Positions 58,604-64,000 of a DNA stretch of 64,000 bases are shown here, piece by piece; the first letter of the stretch is position 1; every line of letters begins with the position of its first letter. A program made the position numbers and the translations under genes. Origin of the DNA: an uncultured delta proteobacterium (GTDB lineage Bacteria; Myxococcota_A; Polyangia; Polyangiales; B10-G4); NCBI GenBank assembly GCA_963727445.1, contig CAVSGI010000020.1, positions 32,001 to 96,000 of the forward strand, written 5' to 3'. The notes beneath the pieces are model-generated. The model had not been told where the DNA came from, made no database searches, and saw only the letters and a program-made list of their open reading frames with translations.

Positions 58604-59409
58604 GCGCGTCCGAAGCGGTATTCGCTCGTGCTCACGACCAGGGCGCCGAGCCCCAGGAAGAGCAGGGTCACCACCGGGATCGCCACCGCGCCGATCCACA
58701 CCTGGATCTCGGGGACCGATTCGGGCAGCAGCCCACCCCGCGGCAGGCCGGCGAGCTCGCCTCCCAGGAAGTTCAGCGAGATGAAGCGCAGGAAGAAGGG
58801 CAGCTTGCCGAAGCCGAACTCCATGATCGCGAGGTAGAGGACGCTCACGATCCCCGCCGCCTCGGTGGCGACCGCGCCCCAGAACATGCAGATGGCGCCG
58901 TAGAGAAACGACAGCATGGCGATCACACCGGCGGCGCGCAGCGTCTCCGGCAGCTCGTCGATCATCGGCGTGGGCGTGGTCAGATAGCAGCCGAGGTGAA
59001 GGATCAGGAGCCCGCCCACCAGGAGCGCCACGCTCAGAACGGCGCCGGCGAGGTACTTGCCGAGCGCCATGGCGAAGCGGCTCACCGGACGCGAGGCCAT
59101 GTAGACGAAGGTCCGGCTCTCGACCTCCTCGGCGATGGCGCCCGCGGTCAGGAGGAACGGGACCAGGTAGACCAGCAGGTTGAAGAACCCGAGACCGATC
59201 CCCTGCTCCACCAGCTCCGCCGGGTCGTCGCTGCCCTGGGCGTAGCGCGCCGCGATGATGGCGAAGAGCACCAGCGCCACCGCGACGATGCCGACGCGGA
59301 GCTTCTTGCCGCGCCACAGGCGCATCACCGACAGACGAAAGACCGCGGCGACGGAGCTTCCGAAGCCCGGGGCGGGCGGGGGCGGCGCCGGCTTGGGCTC
59401 TTTGCTCAC
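58600..59409 (-). CDS. ABC-2 type permease
   Basis: GAIAEEVESRTFVYMASRPVSR...GKYL, six TM segments. Confidence 0.9.
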   Translation of the reverse strand: MSKEPKPAPPPPAPGFGSSVAAVFRLSVMRLWRGKKLRVGIVAVALVLFAIIAARYAQGSDDPAELVEQGIGLGFFNLLVYLVPFLLTAGAIAEEVESRTFVYMASRPVSRFAMALGKYLAGAVLSVALLVGGLLILHLGCYLTTPTPMIDELPETLRAAGVIAMLSFLYGAICMFWGAVATEAAGIVSVLYLAIMEFGFGKLPFFLRFISLNFLGGELAGLPRGGLLPESVPEIQVWIGAVAIPVVTLLFLGLGALVVSTSEYRFGRA

Positions 59410-60488
59410 GACGCCGCTCCCTTCGCCGGGCTGGCCGCCCCGTCACCGCCGGGCGAGAGCCCCGGCTGATAGGTGGGCGCCATCACGCTACCCACGCCCG
59501 CGTCGGCGCCGGTGCCAGCGCCACGGCTGCTCCGCTCGACCAGGTAGTGGAAGAGGGCTTCGAGGCTGGCGTCGGGGCTGGTGATGCTGGCGATGTCGAA
59601 GTGGCCGGCGACCGCCTCCTCGGCGAGCTTGGTGTAGGTCGCGTCGGGATCGCGGGTCATCAGCTCCACCGTGCTGTCGTCCGGGAAGCTGATGCCCACC
59701 ACGCCTTCGACCGAGAGCACCGCCGCCGCCAGCTCGCGCGCCCGGTCGGTGCGCACTCGCACGTGGTGCGGGTGCTCCTCGAGCAGATCGCGGATCTCGT
59801 GGACCTTGCCCTGGGCGACCACCTGCCCGCGCGCGATGAGGAGCACCTGATCGGTGAGCGTCTCGACCTCGTGCAGGACGTGGGTGGAGAAGAGCACCAG
59901 CGCTCCGTCTTTGGCGCGCTGCTGGAGCTGTTCGAGGATGCACTGCGCGCGAGGTGGGGTCGGTGCCGGTGAGGGGCTCGTCGAGGAGCAGCACGTCCGG
60001 GTCGTGGACGATGGACTGCGCGAGCTTCGCGCGCTGGCGCATGCCGCGGCTGTAGCCGCCGATCTTGCGGTTCATGGCGTCGGTCAGGCCGAAGCTCTCG
60101 AGCGCGTCCTTGGCGCGCTTCTTCGCGATTCGTCCGCCGAGTAGCCGCGACAGCCGCGCGATGGCGGTGACGAACTCGAGCCCGGTCAGCTCGTCGTAGA
60201 GCGCGTCCGCCTCGGGGCAGAGGCCGATGCGGCGCAGCGCCTCCGGGTTGGCGAAGGGCGGCTGGCCCGGCAGACGCGCACCTCGCCGAGGCTGGGCTTG
60301 AGCTGGCCAGCGATGCAGCGCAGGAACGTCGTCTTGCCCGAGCCGTTGGGCCCGAGGAGCCCCCACAGGCCCGGCTCGAGGTGGAGCGACACGTCCTGAA
60401 GGGCGGTGACCTTGCCGTACCACTTGGAGAGGCGGACGGCGCGGATGCCTCGGCGGCCCTGCGAATCGTCGGCGTCGTTTCGGCTCAC
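59406..60488 (-). CDS. ABC ATPase (apparent frameshifts at ~60270 and ~59945)
   Basis: GPNGSGKTT (ORF 60186..60662), YSRGMRQR/LLLDEP (ORF 59488..60423), STHVLHEVE (ORF 59406..59897). Confidence 0.85.
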
Positions 60489-61353
60489 GCGATCACCTCC
60501 ACGCCGCGCACCCGACGCCACGACAGCGCCAGCCCGCCCGCGACCACCGCGCAGAGGATCGGCAGGGCGTAGTACCAGCGGAGGTCGTTGGCGGGCTCGA
60601 TGCGGAAGAGCGCGTCGCCGCAGACCGAGAGGAGCTCGTAGATCGAGATGAGATAGAGCCAAGGCCAGTCGGCGATGGCGTTGACGATCGCCGCCAGGAC
60701 CTGCGGGATGAAGAGGAGCACCAGCCAGGCGCTCATGGTCAAGGCGCGGCTTCCAGAAAGGGCGCTCATCCCCACCGAGGCGATGGCGACGACCACCGAG
60801 ATCAAGAGCGAGTAGAAGAGCGAGGGGATCAACAGGCCCGCTTGCTCGAGGCGCATCTCCTCGGTGAGATCCCGACGAGCATCCCCACCACCATCGCCGC
60901 CGGGAAGAAGGTGAGAACGAAGCACCAGATCGCCACCGCCACCATGCGGCCGGCGAGGTACTGCGGCGGGGTGACCGGCTTGGCGAAGTAGAAGGAGAAG
61001 GCCTTGAACTTGATGTCCTCGGCGATGGCCCCCGCGCCCGCGCCGACGCCGACCAGGGAGAGGAAGAACCAGAACTGCCACCAGAAGAGGCCTTTGACGA
61101 AGTCGGCGCCGGGCGGCGGAGGGAGCTCTTCGCCGGCCGGCATGCCGGCGGCCTGCTGCTGGATGATGTAGGTCGCGACCCCCAGGTAGATCATCGCCAC
61201 CACCGCCGGCCCCCACGCGGTGAACGCGCCGATCTTCACGAGCCACGATCCCCAGGCGCGCGTCAGTCCATGACGCAGGAGCACCTTGGTGTTGTTCGAC
61301 GCCGGGAGGCGCTCACCTTCGTAGGGCCGGTAGCCGAGATCGCGAATGGCCAT
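60485..61353 (-). CDS. ABC-2 type permease (apparent frameshift at ~60865)
   Basis: IRDLGYRPYEG, AIAED...FYFAKPVT..YLAGR in ORF 60829..61353. TM segments continue in ORF 60485..61246. Confidence 0.8.
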
Positions 61354-61648
61354 GGCGGGGCGGACTCTAATACACGACGGGGTCCCTCGCGAGGGATGCG
61401 TACAGCCCTCCGCATCCGAGCCGAACGGGCGGGGGGCCCGCGTTCAACCGCTGAACGGCGCTTTGATTCTCTGCGTTTAAGCGTTCGCTGGGATCGATCG
61501 TCGCCGGATAGCGCGCTTGCCGATTCGAGATCGTCGCCGGAGCGTTTTCATTCGTGATCCGCGCATGAGACCCGCTTCGGCCACGTGGGCACGGCGGCTG
61601 CAATGCGGCGCGGCAGGACTTCGGCATTCCCCCAACGGAGCTAACGCC

Positions 61649-62989
61649 ATGCGAACCCTCGCCATCACCGCCATCCTCATCGGCCTTCTTCTCCCCAGCA
61701 CTCTCGTCTCCACCGCCGCCGCCCAGCCCCGCTGCGAGGCGCCGCGCGTCATGGTGGTGCTCGACCGCTCGTCCTCGATGTCCGCCTCGCGCAGCGGTCA
61801 GCTGCCGAGCGGCCTGTCCAAATGGGGCGCCGCGCGCGCCGCCGTCGAGGAGCTGACCTCTGCCTTCGCCGATCGCGTCGACTTCGGCGTCGCGCTCTTC
61901 CCCTCCGTGGACGGCGAGAACACCTGTGACCCGGGCGGCGTCGTCCTCGACGTCGGTTCTCACGACGCGGCCGACATCATGGAGGCCTTCCCCGCCGCGG
62001 ATCCACCCTACGGCGGGAACTGGACGCCGACCGCGCAGACCCTCGACGCGCTCCTCGAGGCGCGCGCCCTCACCGACGCGTCGCGCGACCGGCACGTGGT
62101 CCTGGTCACCGACGGCGAGCAGTGCTGCATCACCGGCAGCACCTGCATCGGGGCGCAGCGCTTCTGGCCCATCGAATCCATCGCCAACCTCCGCGCCATG
62201 GGCGTCTTCGTCCACGTGGTGGGCTTCGGCTCCGGCGTCGACGCGCTGACCCTCAACCGGTCGGCCGTGGCCGGCGGCACGGCCACCGCGGGATGCGACA
62301 TGGATGGCGAGACCCCGAGCGCCACCAGCTGCTACCACCACGCCGACGACCTGGCGGGCCTCACCGACGCCTTCGACCGCATCGGCCGCTTCATCACCGA
62401 CGAGGTCTGTGACGGCTACGACAACGACTGCGACGCGGCGGTGGACGAGGACTACGACTTCGACAACGACCTCTACACCACCTGCGGCAGCGACATCAGC
62501 GTCCCGGGAACGCCGGTCGACGAGGATCTCGTCGACTGCGACGACACCGCCTTCGGGGTGAACCCGGGCGCCGAGGAGGTCTGTAACGGCATCGACGACG
62601 ACTGCGACGGCGTCATCGACCCGGGCTGCGCCTGCGCCGAGGGCGACACCCGCGCCTGCGGCAGCAATCTCGGCGTGTGCATGGAGGGCACCCAGCTCTG
62701 CGGCGTCGACGGCACCTGGGGTGAGTGTGACGGCTCCGTCGAGCCCTCCTCCGAGGTCTGCGACGGCTACGACGACGACTGCGACGGCACCACCGACGAG
62801 AGCGCCACCTGCGGTGCGATGGAGGCGTGCATCGACGGCGCCTGCCGGACGCTCTCGCCGCCCCTCGACGAAGCCGGCGGCTGCTGCAGCGTCGCCGCGG
62901 GCAGCAAGACCCCGAACGGGCGTTACGCGCTGGCCTTCGCCTTCTTCGTGCTCGCCCTCGCGGGCTTCAGGATCCGCCGCCGGCGCTGA
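61649..62989 (+). CDS. Secreted vWA-domain protein with Cys/Asp-rich repeats and MYXO-CTERM anchor
   Basis: MIDAS VLDRSSSM, TPT, VLVTDG; EVCDGYDNDCD repeats; GGCCSV...TM...RRRR tail. Confidence 0.9.
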   Translation: MRTLAITAILIGLLLPSTLVSTAAAQPRCEAPRVMVVLDRSSSMSASRSGQLPSGLSKWGAARAAVEELTSAFADRVDFGVALFPSVDGENTCDPGGVVLDVGSHDAADIMEAFPAADPPYGGNWTPTAQTLDALLEARALTDASRDRHVVLVTDGEQCCITGSTCIGAQRFWPIESIANLRAMGVFVHVVGFGSGVDALTLNRSAVAGGTATAGCDMDGETPSATSCYHHADDLAGLTDAFDRIGRFITDEVCDGYDNDCDAAVDEDYDFDNDLYTTCGSDISVPGTPVDEDLVDCDDTAFGVNPGAEEVCNGIDDDCDGVIDPGCACAEGDTRACGSNLGVCMEGTQLCGVDGTWGECDGSVEPSSEVCDGYDDDCDGTTDESATCGAMEACIDGACRTLSPPLDEAGGCCSVAAGSKTPNGRYALAFAFFVLALAGFRIRRRR

Positions 62990-63013
62990 GCCGGCGCTCG
63001 GCGCGAGGGCGGG

Positions 63014-63556
63014 TCACATCGGGGTGCACTCCGCGCTGAGCTCGGGGCAGGAAGGGAAGGTGGCGAAGCGCGTGCCGTCACCGATGTCCTGGCAGACGAT
63101 CTCCGCGCTGAGCGCGCAACTGATGAGCGCCTCGATCTCAGCGCGGCACGCCTCGCTCACGGCCAGCATCCCGCACTGCCCCACGAAATCAGCTCGGCTG
63201 AAGCTGTCGGTGGGGTAGGGGCAGGCCGAGGCCTGGACCCGGTCGTAGAGGGCTCCGCAGCGCGCCTCGCTCACGCCCGAATCCCCCGTGGCGCAGGAGG
63301 TGCACGAGTCCACGCAGGAGAAGCGGAAGCTCCCGCTGCTCCCGCCGCACATGCAGCTCGTCGGTCGGTCGCCGCAGGGGCAGCTGACCGTGCCCGAGCA
63401 CGTGAGCCCGGCCTCGCTCTCGTCGCACGCGTCGCCCGTCCCGAGCGGGTTCGGACAGCGCGGGTCGGTGGTCGTCGAGCCGCGGCTGCGGTTGTTGCAG
63501 GCCGCGAGCCCGGCGGCGAAGAGCAGGGCGACGGCGAGAAGAAAGAATCGGTTCAC
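63014..63556 (-). CDS. Cys-rich lipoprotein
   Basis: Signal peptide ending LAAC, many Cys. Confidence 0.7.
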   Translation of the reverse strand: MNRFFLLAVALLFAAGLAACNNRSRGSTTTDPRCPNPLGTGDACDESEAGLTCSGTVSCPCGDRPTSCMCGGSSGSFRFSCVDSCTSCATGDSGVSEARCGALYDRVQASACPYPTDSFSRADFVGQCGMLAVSEACRAEIEALISCALSAEIVCQDIGDGTRFATFPSCPELSAECTPM

Positions 63557-63722
63557 TCCCGCATTCTACTACCCGAGTCTTGAAGTTCTACGAGAAGCGA
63601 GAAGGGCGCGTCCTGTGCATGTATCGCGCCTCGAACGTTTGGCCGACGAGCATCTGAATTGCCCTGCGCCCCCCTGGCGTCGATCCGACGGCGACGAGAG
63701 CCGCTCATGGTTGCGAGCAGCC

Positions 63723-64000
63723 TTAGATTGCGTTCCCGCCCGTCCAGCAGCAGTTCAGGCTGCGCTGGCACGTGTCCGAGCGGGGTCCCCCCCAACAGGT
63801 GCAGTCGGATGCAGTCGGATCAGCACAGCACTCCACCAGCCCTGGTGAGTCGGGACATTCGTCGGCGCAGAGGTTCCTCGGTGTGCCATCCGGAAACGTG
63901 TCGCACAAACATCCTCTGGAATCTGGGCCGCAGACATCGCTGCACGCGCGAGCAGGACGTGCTCGACAATAGCACTCGTCGCCATCGAACGAGCAACGGC
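63723..64000 (-). CDS. 3' end of a Cys-rich protein (runs off the window)
   Basis: Frame open to the window edge: RCSFDGDECYCRARPARACSDVCG...CCWTGGNAI*. Confidence 0.5.
   Translation of the reverse strand, partial: RCSFDGDECYCRARPARACSDVCGPDSRGCLCDTFPDGTPRNLCADECPDSPGLVECCADPTASDCTCWGGPRSDTCQRSLNCCWTGGNAI

Overview
Very GC-rich bacterial DNA, most likely from a myxobacterium. This is inferred from a MYXO-CTERM tail, many Cys/Asp-rich lipoproteins, FHA/PilZ/Ser-Thr kinase-like signalling genes and a class II DAHP synthase. About 1-26 kb and 43-64 kb are mostly housekeeping, envelope and signalling genes: prolyl oligopeptidase, HtrA, PlsC-like acyltransferase, DAHP synthase, pfkA, FKBP, tag, a GldAFG-like ABC operon and an ECF sigma factor. 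A notable gene here is a close bacterial look-alike of the eukaryotic histidine methyltransferase METTL9 (5945-6748). About 26.3-44.3 kb is an accessory, partly decayed region. Its core is a ~2270-aa lipoprotein-anchored teneurin-like RHS toxin with a pre-toxin Hint domain and its immunity gene. Two 'orphan' cassettes follow: one complete (shared leader + Hint + different toxin tip + immunity gene) and one truncated inside Hint. The toxin locus is bracketed by two inverted copies of a 25-bp GGGGACGG... hairpin end, and each copy cuts through a gene. The same end forms the terminal inverted repeats of a ~270-300-bp non-coding element present twice, and it is amplified into an 8-copy stutter array. 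The best candidate for an undescribed system is this GGGGAC-end-associated, Hint-anchored toxin-tip cassette locus. Many single-base frameshifts in otherwise intact genes suggest long-read indel errors, so pseudogene calls are tentative. No rRNA, tRNA or CRISPR array was recognised. All family assignments come from motif recognition by eye; no searches were run.
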